Of a stretch of 64,000 nt of DNA, positions 9,765-18,429 are shown one piece after another (the first letter of the stretch is position 1; each line of letters opens with the position of its first letter). The translations under genes and the position numbers were made by a program. Under the pieces are notes generated by a model. The model did not search any database and was not told where the DNA came from. It worked only from the letters and a program-made list of their open reading frames with translations. Source of the DNA: Gemmatimonadota bacterium (GTDB lineage: Bacteria > Gemmatimonadota > Gemmatimonadetes > Palauibacterales > Palauibacteraceae); the NCBI GenBank assembly GCA_963666735.1, contig OY762926.1, forward strand, positions 192,001-256,000, given 5' to 3'.

Positions 9765-11355
9765 GTTCCTGGCGCACGGGACCGGATCGGCCGGCAAGGC
9801 GGCCGGCTACCTCCTCGGCGAGCGGGACGCCGCTGGGAAGCCGCGCGAGGGCGTCGAGGTCCTTCGAGGCGATCCGAACCAGGTGGCCGCCGTCGCCGAC
9901 ACGCTTGCGTTCGAGCACAGGTACACATCCGGCGTGATCGCGTGGGCACCGGAGGACGAACCGGCCGACGCCGAGATCGAGGCGGTCGTGGACGCCTTCG
10001 AGGACACGGCCTGGGCGGGACTGGAGCCCGACCGATACGCCTGGACCGCCGTGCTGCACCGCGAGCGCGGCGGCGGCGCGCACGTCCACGTCCTCGCCGC
10101 GCGGTGCGACCTGGAGACCGGCCGGAGCCTCAACATCGCCCCGCCGGGCTGGGAGAAGACCTTCGGCCCGCTCCGGGACGCCTTCAATTCCGAACACGGC
10201 TGGGCTCGCCCGGACGACCCGGCTCGGGCCAGGGTGCAGCAACCCGGCCACCGCGCCTACATCGAAGCGACCCGACTGCGGGCCGGGCTCCGGCTCGAAG
10301 CCTCCCCCCGCGACCTGATCCGGGACTACCTGCTCCAGCGCGTCGAGCACGGCACGGCGCGGAACCGGGCCGATGTCGTCGCCGCACTTCGGGAGGCGGG
10401 CCTGGAAGTGCCGCGCCGGGGCAAGGACTACCTCACCGCGCTGGACCCCGAGACCGGCGACCGCTGGCGGCTGAAAGGAGAACTGTATGGAGAGAACTTC
10501 GACCGCGAACGATTTGACCGAGCGGCTGCGGAAGAGGCTGGAGAGCGAGAGACGGGAGATCGAGGAGCTGACCGCGAGCGAGCTCGAAAGGCTCGGCGAG
10601 AACTCGCGGCGCGCCGCGAGGAACGCGCTGCGTTCCATCGAGCGCGATACGGAGGAGGCGGCCGGGAGGATGCGCGAGCTGCTGGCAAGGGCTTGGCAAC
10701 GGCCCCTGATCGTAGGCCTGAGCCTTTGGCTCGGTTTCTTCGGCGGAAGCTGGGCGACGATGCAGTGGTTGTCGAGGAGCATCCAGAACCGGATCGAGAT
10801 CCGCGCCGAACTGGGCCGGGACATCGAGGACGCCCGGCGGACGCTGGCCCAAATGGAGGAGGACACCTGGGGGCTCGTGTTCCGCGAGATCGAGGGCGAG
10901 CGGTTCGTGGTGGTGCCGGACGAGGTGCTGGCCGATCCGCCCTGGTGGAAGGTGGACGGAGACCTTCCGGCGTTGAAGCTGTTGAGAGAGTGAGGGAGCT
11001 GTATGAGCGAGTTGGAACGGCAGTTGACGGAGGCCTTGAAGAAGTTGTCCGCGCAGTACGTGACGGAGCAGCGGCGGCACTCCGGGCAGGTCGAAGGCTT
11101 GAGGCAGCACGTCGAAGCCTTGCGGCAGCGCGTCGAGCGGCAAAGCGCGGAGAACGACGCCTTGCGGCAGCACGTCGAGCGGCAGAGCGGGGAGAGCGAA
11201 GCCTTGCGGAGGCGAATCGAGTGGCTGAACGAGGACTTTACACGCTTAACCGAGTCGTACGGCGCGCTCGCCGCAACCTTACGATGATGGTCACGGCGAT
11301 GCGCCTGCGCGGGCTGGGGCGCGATCGCGATCGCGATTACGGTCCGAGCCGCTGA
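9754..11355 (+). CDS. mbeA: MOBP5 (ColE1 MbeA-like) relaxase
   Basis: MLIKF..G.G...AAGYLLG..D (motif I Tyr), YTSGVIAW, H......HVH..DLETGRSLN, and RLKG.LY. Confidence 0.85.
   Translation: MLIKFLAHGTGSAGKAAGYLLGERDAAGKPREGVEVLRGDPNQVAAVADTLAFEHRYTSGVIAWAPEDEPADAEIEAVVDAFEDTAWAGLEPDRYAWTAVLHRERGGGAHVHVLAARCDLETGRSLNIAPPGWEKTFGPLRDAFNSEHGWARPDDPARARVQQPGHRAYIEATRLRAGLRLEASPRDLIRDYLLQRVEHGTARNRADVVAALREAGLEVPRRGKDYLTALDPETGDRWRLKGELYGENFDRERFDRAAAEEAGERETGDRGADRERARKARRELAARREERAAFHRARYGGGGREDARAAGKGLATAPDRRPEPLARFLRRKLGDDAVVVEEHPEPDRDPRRTGPGHRGRPADAGPNGGGHLGARVPRDRGRAVRGGAGRGAGRSALVEGGRRPSGVEAVERVRELYERVGTAVDGGLEEVVRAVRDGAAAALRAGRRLEAARRSLAAARRAAKRGERRLAAARRAAERGERSLAEANRVAERGLYTLNRVVRRARRNLTMMVTAMRLRGLGRDRDRDYGPSR
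10487..10993 (+). CDS. mbeB: MbeB-like mobilisation protein nested in the relaxase gene in another frame
   Basis: AAGGAG Shine-Dalgarno before ATG 10487, right after the relaxase RLKG motif as in ColE1; coiled coil plus one hydrophobic segment (LIVGLSLWLGFFGGSW) and TWG. Confidence 0.75.
   Translation: MERTSTANDLTERLRKRLESERREIEELTASELERLGENSRRAARNALRSIERDTEEAAGRMRELLARAWQRPLIVGLSLWLGFFGGSWATMQWLSRSIQNRIEIRAELGRDIEDARRTLAQMEEDTWGLVFREIEGERFVVVPDEVLADPPWWKVDGDLPALKLLRE
11003..11287 (+). CDS. mbeD: MbeD-like protein nested in the relaxase gene
   Basis: GGGAG Shine-Dalgarno; MSELERQLTEALKKL N-terminus typical of MbeD/MobD; heptad-repeat coiled coil. Confidence 0.78.
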   Translation: MSELERQLTEALKKLSAQYVTEQRRHSGQVEGLRQHVEALRQRVERQSAENDALRQHVERQSGESEALRRRIEWLNEDFTRLTESYGALAATLR

Positions 11356-12656
11356 TGAGCGGGAAATCTGGCGCGGACGGCCTCCCGCAGCGAGCTTTCA
11401 GGAGCGCAGATCGTGCGGTCCATCGCGAGAGGAATCGAATGATGGCACGCACGAAGCGGGACCGGCGCAGCTACAGCGCCGGCGAGTGGGGCCGGAACCG
11501 GGTGAGGGTGTTTGCCGACCCGAAGACCGGCGTTTTCCAGATTGAGTGGCGAGAGAACGGGCGAAGGCTCACCCGGTCCCTGAAACACCGGGACTGGGCT
11601 CGGGCCAAGCGGCAGGCCGACGAGGCCGCCGCAGGCCTTGCGATGTACGCGCCCAACGGCAGGGCCGAAGCCGAGTCCGAGCCGCTCACCTTGGAAGGGC
11701 TTTTTGAAATCTACGGTGAGGAGGTGGTCCCGACGAAGCACCGGCGGACCCAGCACCAGAACAGGGCCACGATGCGGATGTTTCTGGACTTCCTCGGGCG
11801 CGACCGAAGACCCGAGACGCTTTCCCGGCGCGACTGGGACCGGTTCATCCGGGAGCGGCGGGCAGGCAGGGTCGGACCCAGCGGCAAGCCCGCAGCCGAC
11901 CGTACCATCGTGTGCGACCTGAAAGTCCTGCTCGCGATCCTAAACTGGGCCGCCAAGTCGAGAGACGAGCACGGCCGCTTGCTCCTCGACAGGAATCCCC
12001 TCAAGGGACTCAGGGTGCCGAAGGTGAAGAACACCACCCGGGTCGTGCTCTCCGACGAGGAATACGAGGCGCTTCTGAGGGTCTCCGGACAGGTGGGTTG
12101 GCGCTTCCGGGCCGCCCTCGTGCTCGCGCACGAGACGGGGCACCGAATCGGAGCCATCCGGAAGCTGAGGTGGGCGGACATCGACTTCGAGGACAGGATC
12201 ATCGTTTGGCGGGCCGAGCATGAGAAAACCGGATACGAGCACCGGACGCCCGCGACCGACGAGGCGATCTCCGCCTTGGAGGAGGCGCAGAGGCACGCTG
12301 GCGGGACCGGAGACGCGCCGGTTCTGCCCGCGCCGCGGGATCCGTCGACGTGCGTGAGCCGTACGCTGGTGGGCACTTGGTGGAAGACCGCCGAGAGGCG
12401 GGCGGGGTTGGAGCCCAAGCGCGGGAGAGGCTGGCACTCGCTCAGGCGGAAGTTCGCTTCAGACCTCATCGGGCTGCCGCTCAAGGTGCTATGCGATCTC
12501 GGCGGCTGGAGGGAAGCCAAGACCGTCCTGCGCTGCTATCAGCACACCGACGACGTACAACTCAGGACGGCTCTGGACAGCCGTCCCCGGAACGGTCGGC
12601 ACCCGATCCAATCGGCGGGAACCGAACAGCGGGAATCGGATCACCGAATCCCGTAA
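11355..12656 (+). CDS. Tyrosine recombinase/integrase (start may be 11439 or 11442)
   Basis: ETGHR..I..L.W.DID, WHSLRR and LGGW...TV..CY give catalytic R, HxxR, W and Y; N-terminal arm-binding-like region. Confidence 0.9.
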   Translation: MSGKSGADGLPQRAFRSADRAVHRERNRMMARTKRDRRSYSAGEWGRNRVRVFADPKTGVFQIEWRENGRRLTRSLKHRDWARAKRQADEAAAGLAMYAPNGRAEAESEPLTLEGLFEIYGEEVVPTKHRRTQHQNRATMRMFLDFLGRDRRPETLSRRDWDRFIRERRAGRVGPSGKPAADRTIVCDLKVLLAILNWAAKSRDEHGRLLLDRNPLKGLRVPKVKNTTRVVLSDEEYEALLRVSGQVGWRFRAALVLAHETGHRIGAIRKLRWADIDFEDRIIVWRAEHEKTGYEHRTPATDEAISALEEAQRHAGGTGDAPVLPAPRDPSTCVSRTLVGTWWKTAERRAGLEPKRGRGWHSLRRKFASDLIGLPLKVLCDLGGWREAKTVLRCYQHTDDVQLRTALDSRPRNGRHPIQSAGTEQRESDHRIP

Positions 12657-12833
12657 GTGACGCGCCCGCAACAGAATCGGCAATCAAGGATTTCTGTCGA
12701 TTCGATGGACTGCACGATCTGCGCGTTTGAAACCTCGCGCAGGGCTCGTCCGTCGTCCAGAGTTGGCGGCCCGGCCGGCTCTGGCGCGGGCGCGCCACGG
12801 GGGCGCTGGTTTCTGCGGTCTGTTGAAGAGATG

Positions 12834-12886
12834 GGTTAACGCTTCACGTTAACCTCTGGCCGGGGGATGCCCCCGGACCCCCGAAC
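12834..12886. other. Putative second oriT/operator
   Basis: Perfect inverted repeat GGTTAACG-cttca-CGTTAACC (12834-12854), then CTGGC and a GGGGGATGCCCCC hairpin upstream of the second mobC. Confidence 0.4.
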
Positions 12887-12920
12887 GACATTCCGTGCGC
12901 CACCAAGGAGGCCGCCCGAC

Positions 12921-13265
12921 ATGGCCCGTCCCCGGAAGCCCGAGGCCGAGCGCAGGACCCGCACGATCGGCGTGCGCGTCACGACCACGGAGGCCGCAGA
13001 GATCGCCCAGCGGGCCGGAGCGGCCCGCATGACGAAGGGCGGCTACATGCGCCGCAGGGCGCTGGGGCAGCCGGTCCGCGAGGCAGCCGTTCACCGTCTC
13101 GGCACCAGAGAGCGCGTCGAACTCCACCGGATCGGCGTGAACCTCAACCAGATCGCGCGCGCCCTGAACTCCGGGGTCTCGGCACCCGACGGGACGCTGG
13201 AGGCGGTGGAGCGGGTGGGCGAGCTTGCGGCCGATCTGCTGAGCGGCGAGGCGCTGGACCGATGA
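12921..13265 (+). CDS. mobC: Second MobC relaxosome protein
   Basis: AAGGAGG Shine-Dalgarno; MARPRK..IGVRVT..ELHRIGVNLNQIAR. Confidence 0.88.
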   Translation: MARPRKPEAERRTRTIGVRVTTTEAAEIAQRAGAARMTKGGYMRRRALGQPVREAAVHRLGTRERVELHRIGVNLNQIARALNSGVSAPDGTLEAVERVGELAADLLSGEALDR

Positions 13266-14467
13266 TCCCGAAGATCAACAGTCTGGGGCGCTCGTTCGCC
13301 GGTGCCGCGGCGTACTGTCTGCACGATTCCCCGACGCCGGACGACCGGAGTCCGGAGACTTCGGAGCGGGTCGCGTGGGCCGACACCCGTAACCTCGCGA
13401 CGTTTCGGCCGGAGCGGGCCGCGCGGCTGATGGCCGCGACCGCGAAGGCGGCGCCCGACCTCAAACGGCTGGCGGGCGCGGCGCCAGGGGGGCGCAAGCT
13501 GGCGAAGCCGGTGCTGCACTACTCGCTCAGCTGGGCGCAGGACGAGACGCCGGACAAGCGGGAGATGAGCCGCGCGGTGGACGGGAGCCTGGAGGCGCTG
13601 GGTCTGGAGGGCCACGAGGCGCTGGTCGTCGCGCACGACGACACCCGGCATCCCCATGTCCATGTGGTCGCCAACCGTGTCGATCCGGAGACCGGGAAGG
13701 CGGCGAAGCTGGGCAACAGCAAGCTCCGGCTGTCGCGCTGGGCCGAGGGTTACGAGCGGGAGCAGGGACGGATCCGCTGCGAGGAGCGGGTCAGGAACAA
13801 CGAGCGGCGGCGGGCGGGCCAGGCGGTGGTTCGAGGTCTGTCGAACCGGCCGCGCCACTGGGCGCGCGTCCGCCGCGAGGGGTTGCAGCCCGGGCGGGCG
13901 AGGCGGGCAAGGGGGCCGCGCGATGAGGAGCGCGTCGACATGGAGGCATGGCGGCGCGCCGAGGCTGAGGCTTGGGAGACGGTCGCGGGCGGGCGCGAGA
14001 GGGGCCTCCAGCACCTCGAGAGCCGGGCGCGCAAGGAATGGGCCGAACTGCTCAAGCGGCAGGAGGAGATGCGGCAGCGGCTCGACCGGGAGAGCCGCAC
14101 CGTGCTCGGGCGGCTCCGGATCTGGCGGCGCGATCGCTCACTCGGGGAACTGGCCGGGGCAATCCGGGGCCGGGAGGATCTGGTCGAGGGCTGGCGCGAG
14201 GATCTCGACCGGTACCACAGGGACGAGCGGGCCGAGTTGGGCAAGGCACACGGCGAGAGAGCCCGGGAGATCGAGCGCCGTGGGCACAAGTTCTATCGAA
14301 GTAGGCTGGTGGACGCGGAGCGGAACGCATGGGCGGTGCGGGAGACGATGAGGGAGCGCGAACAGACACGGGAGCGGGCGCGCGGCCAGACCATCACCCG
14401 CATCGTTGTACCGCCCCCACCCCGGCCCAGAGGCCCCGAGCGTGGCGGGGGAGGGTTCGAGCGATGA
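13262..14467 (+). CDS. MOBP (VirD2-like) relaxase
   Basis: MIPKI...GRSF.G...Y..HD, VLHYSLSW and HDDTRHPHVHVVANR (3H motif). Confidence 0.88.
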   Translation: MIPKINSLGRSFAGAAAYCLHDSPTPDDRSPETSERVAWADTRNLATFRPERAARLMAATAKAAPDLKRLAGAAPGGRKLAKPVLHYSLSWAQDETPDKREMSRAVDGSLEALGLEGHEALVVAHDDTRHPHVHVVANRVDPETGKAAKLGNSKLRLSRWAEGYEREQGRIRCEERVRNNERRRAGQAVVRGLSNRPRHWARVRREGLQPGRARRARGPRDEERVDMEAWRRAEAEAWETVAGGRERGLQHLESRARKEWAELLKRQEEMRQRLDRESRTVLGRLRIWRRDRSLGELAGAIRGREDLVEGWREDLDRYHRDERAELGKAHGERAREIERRGHKFYRSRLVDAERNAWAVRETMREREQTRERARGQTITRIVVPPPPRPRGPERGGGGFER

Positions 14468-14757
14468 GCCTTGCCTCGGTCATCGCCAAGCGGATCGCCC
14501 GGAAACGGCTGATCAGGAACGGTCTTGGGTACGCTACGCGCTCTGGAGGTCGACCTTGGTGTTCTGATACCGTAATCACCTGACAGTCTGCCCCCAAAAG
14601 GGAGACGGTGGCCACCCGCCACCGAGACAATGAGCTACGCATCGGGGACGCCCTTCGTTGCGGTCTCGTAGTTCTTGCGTTCCAGCCATTCCTCTAGCGT
14701 GGAGTTGCCCCGCTTTGACGGACACCTATCCATTGGGGTCAAGCAAGGAGGTGTTCC

Positions 14758-15072
14758 ATGGCGGGCCGGAAGGGGCGGTATCCATCCGAGTACAGGGAGC
14801 GGCTGGTGGAACTGGTGAGGGGCGGGCGTAGTGCCGCGTCACTCGCCCGGAAGTTCGAGCCGTCGGAGCAGACGATCCGGAACTGGGTCCGGCAGGCGGA
14901 TGTGGACGAGGGGTTCCGTAGCGACGGGCTGACAACGGAGGCGCGCAGCGAGCTGCGGCGCCTGGAGCGGGAGAACAAGCGGCTCAGGATGGAGCGCGAC
15001 ATCCTAAAAAAAGCCGCGGCCTGGTTCGCGAGGGAGAGCGGATCGATCCCCGGCGGGGGTATGCGTTCATGA
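14758..15072 (+). CDS. IS3 transposase OrfA
   Basis: HTH plus leucine zipper (ELRRLERENKRLRMERDILKKAAAWF); AAAAAAAG slippery run at ~15006. Confidence 0.9.
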   Translation: MAGRKGRYPSEYRERLVELVRGGRSAASLARKFEPSEQTIRNWVRQADVDEGFRSDGLTTEARSELRRLERENKRLRMERDILKKAAAWFARESGSIPGGGMRS

Positions 15073-15917
15073 GGGCGCACCGGGCCGAGTTCCCGCTTCG
15101 GGCCATGTGCCGGGTGCTGGGTCTCTCCCCCAGCGGCTACTACGACTGGTTGAGGCGTCCTCCCTCGGACCGCGCGCGTCGGGACGCGGAACTGGAGGCG
15201 CGGATCGCGAAGATATGGACCGGCAGCGGCGAGACGTACGGCCGTCCGCGGATCCACGCGGCGCTCAGGGCCGAGGGCGAGCGGGTGGGGCAGAAGCGCG
15301 TGGGGCGGCTGATGAGGGGGCTGGAGATCGAGGGCGCGACCAGGCGGCGCTTCAAGACGGCGACGACGAAGAGGGATGCCGAGGCCCGCCCCGCGCCGGA
15401 CCTGGTGGACCGTGACTTCTCGGCCTCGGGGCCCGACGAGCTGTGGGTGGCCGACATCACCTACGTCCCCACGTGGGCTGGCTGGCTGTATCTGGCCGTC
15501 GTGCTCGACGTCTGGAGCCGCCGCGTCGTCGGCTGGGCCATGGCGACGCACATGCGGACCGAGCTCGTCGAGACCGCGCTGGCGATGGCTCTCGCAAGGC
15601 GTCGTCCCGAGGGTCGTGTCGTGCATCATTCCGACAGGGGCTCGCAGTACACCTCGCTCGCCTTCGGGGAGCGCTGCCGCGAGTCGGGCATCGCCCAGTC
15701 CATGGGCTCGGCGGGCGATGCGTACGACAACGCCATGTGCGAGAGCTTCTTCGCCACCCTCGAGTGCGAGCTGATCTGGAAGCGCTCGTTCCGCACGGCG
15801 GACGAGGCGCGACGGGAGGTCTTCGGCTTCATCGAGGGCTTCTACAACACCCGGCGGCTGCACTCGGCACTCGGCTACGAGTCGCCGGCCGACTACGAGA
15901 GCAACCATGCGGCCTGA
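15069..15917 (+). CDS. IS3 transposase OrfB (DDE integrase core)
   Basis: WVADITY, HHSDRGSQY and DNAMCESFF; -1 frame relative to orfA with ATGA overlap. Confidence 0.92.
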   Translation: MRAHRAEFPLRAMCRVLGLSPSGYYDWLRRPPSDRARRDAELEARIAKIWTGSGETYGRPRIHAALRAEGERVGQKRVGRLMRGLEIEGATRRRFKTATTKRDAEARPAPDLVDRDFSASGPDELWVADITYVPTWAGWLYLAVVLDVWSRRVVGWAMATHMRTELVETALAMALARRRPEGRVVHHSDRGSQYTSLAFGERCRESGIAQSMGSAGDAYDNAMCESFFATLECELIWKRSFRTADEARREVFGFIEGFYNTRRLHSALGYESPADYESNHAA

Positions 15918-16035
15918 GGCGCACCCGCGGCGCACACCGACATCCTCTCCCGAGCGCCTGAGGGAGGCTGAAAGGAGAAGAACCGGAGGCGATCAACCAC
16001 AGAAACTAACCGTCCGTGAAAGCGGGACAGCTCCA

Positions 16036-16860
16036 CAGATCTCCAGGGCCGGGCTTCTTGAAGAACCTGCCCTTGTGCGCGGAGCGGCAGGCCGGACAAT
16101 GGTATTCGATCGCAAACATGCGGTGTTCGAGCGGCCCGTTCGCCGTTTGTGGAAACTTGTTCTTGGCACCGCAGCCGGGGCAGTCGACGGTCGCGCGTCT
16201 GGCGGGTCCTTGCAGGCGGAGCGGGCTCCTGCAGGCTGAGCAACCGCCGGGTGCGTGCCGATCCGCGACTTCGTTCAACTCTCCACAGGCGCCGCACACA
16301 AGCACCGAAGACGGGTGGCGAGCGTTAGTTGCCAGCAGGTAGCCGGGGAAGAGGTCGATATCCTGGGCGCAGGTCTCGCAGGGCTGCGTCTTCACCCACA
16401 GGAAATACTTGACCGGAACTGCTCGGTCGCACGCCGAACATTCCGTTTCATACTGAGAACCCAGTTCCGCTCGTAGCTGGCTGACCAATGCGCTTCCGGC
16501 CTCAGCGTACTCGTCGAGGTCGAGGCTTTCCAGCTCCCGTCCCACGATCCACCAAGCCATCGGATTGATGTCCAAGCCCGCGACATCGGCCCCGAGACGG
16601 TTCGCCTCGATGAGGGGAGTACCCCCACCCATGAAGGGATCGGCAATGCGCTTCCCGCGCAGTTGGTGCGAGACGAAGAAGCTCTCGGAAAGGGCGGCAT
16701 CCACGAACTCGGCGAGGAGCAGGCCGCGAAACAGCGTGCCCGGCCGTCGCGCAAACCATTTGTGCACCGCAATGATGGGCCGGTAGTTTTGCTGGATGGC
16801 CTTCTCGCGCAAGGCCAGCGCGGAAATCAGCGGCACATCGAAGCGATCTTCCAACCTCAT
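16036..16860 (-). pseudogene. DUF1156-type adenine DNA methyltransferase with Zn-ribbon, truncated by IS3
   Basis: HKWFARRPG, DPFMGGGT..EA.RLG..DINP and many CxxC pairs; the frame runs into the IS3 right IR after ~275 codons. Confidence 0.82.
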
Positions 16861-17281
16861 CCGGTGCGTCCAGGTTGTGTGCAGGTCGAGTACGGCTCCA
16901 CTCCTGATCCGAAGGTAAGGGTGCCGGGCCCGCCGGACACCCGGCGGTGCAGACGCCGCAATCGCGACACCCGACTCGAGCATGGCTCCGGTTCTCAACG
17001 CACGATCATCTGAAGAGTCGGAGAAACGGACGAATCCTCCCCTCAGAGGGGCTTCGTTGCCTTGCGGGTCCTCGACTTGACTTGCTTCGCACCATGCGAG
17101 CCTGGCTCGAAAACCCGCACCCCTTTCCAGCAGATGGTTGATTCCATGAACCGCTTCCGGCTCATCCGCTTCGCGGACCAAGGTCATCGGCCGGCAGGAT
17201 ACGCAGAGCGGATGAATCGCCGCATCGATGCCCTACGAAGCCAGTAGCCGCTCCTGGCGAAGAGATCACGGCCTTGCAACG

Positions 17282-17297
17282 CGTTCCCGCGGGAACG
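17282..17297. promoter_or_regulatory. 16-bp palindrome CGTTCCCGCGGGAACG (copy 1)
   Basis: Perfect palindrome between TTGCAA (17274-17279) and TACTAT (17300-17305). Confidence 0.55.
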
Positions 17298-17345
17298 TCT
17301 ACTATCCCTCCCGACCCGGGGATTGCGCGCAGACGGAGATACCGG

Positions 17346-18404
17346 TTGGCAACGCTCGCACCTGTCACAGCCACGCACGCCTTCGACGAGCGGCGGCTCG
17401 CGGACTACCTGTGCGCTTGCGGAGTGCCCGAGTTCGCGGGCGGGCTGACGGCGCTCCAGTATCAGGGCGGCCAGTCGAACCCCACCTACCGGCTCGAAGC
17501 GGGCGGCCGATACTTCGTCCTGAGGAAGAAGCCGCCGGGCGACCTCCTGCCTTCCGCGCACCTCGTCGAACGCGAGTACCGCGTGATGCAGGCGCTCGCG
17601 GACACCGACGTTCCGGTGCCGAAGATGATCCACCTGTGCGAGAACCCCGGCGTGATCGGGCAGGCGTTCTTCGTCATGGAGCATGTGGAGGGACGCGTGC
17701 CCTCGGCGCCGGGGCTGCCCGAGATCGACTCTCCCGGCGAACGGGCGGCGATCTACGACGCGATGAACGAGTGTCTGGCCCGGCTCCACTCGGTGGATTG
17801 GGCTTCGGCCGGTCTCGGAGACTACGGAAAACCATCGGACTACGTCGCGCGGCAGATCTCCGTCTGGACGAGACAGTACGCGGCGGCCCGGACCGATCCG
17901 ATCCCGGCCATGGAGGCGCTCGTCGAGTGGCTGCCCGCGCACATCCCGGCCAGCGACGCGTCCGGGGAGGAGACGACGATCGCGCACGGCGACTACCGGC
18001 TCGACAACATGATCCTGCACCCGGCGGAGCCGCGGGTGCTGGCCATCGTGGACTGGGAGCTGTCGACGCTCGGCCATCCGCTGGCCGATCTCGCCTACAA
18101 CTGCATGACGTATCACCTGCCCGAGGGTCCCCTGTGGAAGGGGTTGGGGGAGACCGACTGCGGGTCGCTGGGGATTCCGCCGGAGGAGGACTACGTCGCC
18201 GCCTACTGTCGGCGGACGGGGCGCGGCGGGGTGCCGGACTGGGAGTTCTTCATGGCCTTCGGCCTCTTTCGGCTCGCCTCGATCTGCCAGGGGGTGTACG
18301 CGCGGGCGATCCAGGGCAACGCGAGTTCGCGGAACGCGCTGGAAGTCGGCGCCAAAGCGCCGATCTTGGCCGAAGCGGGCTGGAGTTTCGCCCGCCGCGC
18401 CTGA
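17346..18404 (+). CDS. APH-like phosphotransferase (LvaA/ACAD10-11 kinase-like)
   Basis: GGQSNPTY, LRKKPPG.LLPSAH..EREY, HGDYRLDN and DWELSTLG; TTG start with GGAG upstream. Confidence 0.88.
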   Translation: MATLAPVTATHAFDERRLADYLCACGVPEFAGGLTALQYQGGQSNPTYRLEAGGRYFVLRKKPPGDLLPSAHLVEREYRVMQALADTDVPVPKMIHLCENPGVIGQAFFVMEHVEGRVPSAPGLPEIDSPGERAAIYDAMNECLARLHSVDWASAGLGDYGKPSDYVARQISVWTRQYAAARTDPIPAMEALVEWLPAHIPASDASGEETTIAHGDYRLDNMILHPAEPRVLAIVDWELSTLGHPLADLAYNCMTYHLPEGPLWKGLGETDCGSLGIPPEEDYVAAYCRRTGRGGVPDWEFFMAFGLFRLASICQGVYARAIQGNASSRNALEVGAKAPILAEAGWSFARRA

Positions 18405-18429
18405 GGTCCGCCCGCGCCTCGGCGTGCCC

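Larger units (their letters stand above)
14700..16035 (+). mobile_element. IS3-family insertion sequence
   Basis: Terminal IRs TGGAGTTGCCCCGCTTTGACGGAC and (reverse complement) TGGAGCTGTCCCGCTTTCACGGAC match at 21/24; 5'-TG..CA-3' ends; orfA/orfB present; no matching target duplication. Confidence 0.93.

Noticed and set aside
11090..11215. Repeats inside mbeD as a possible CRISPR or iteron array
   Set aside because: 21-bp-based coding repeats of a coiled coil with no unique spacers; no cas genes nearby.
8897..17285. 11-bp direct repeat TGCAACGCGTT (8897-8907 and 17275-17285) as attL/attR
   Set aside because: Short, largely palindromic and not tRNA-associated; cannot be told from chance without an empty-site genome.
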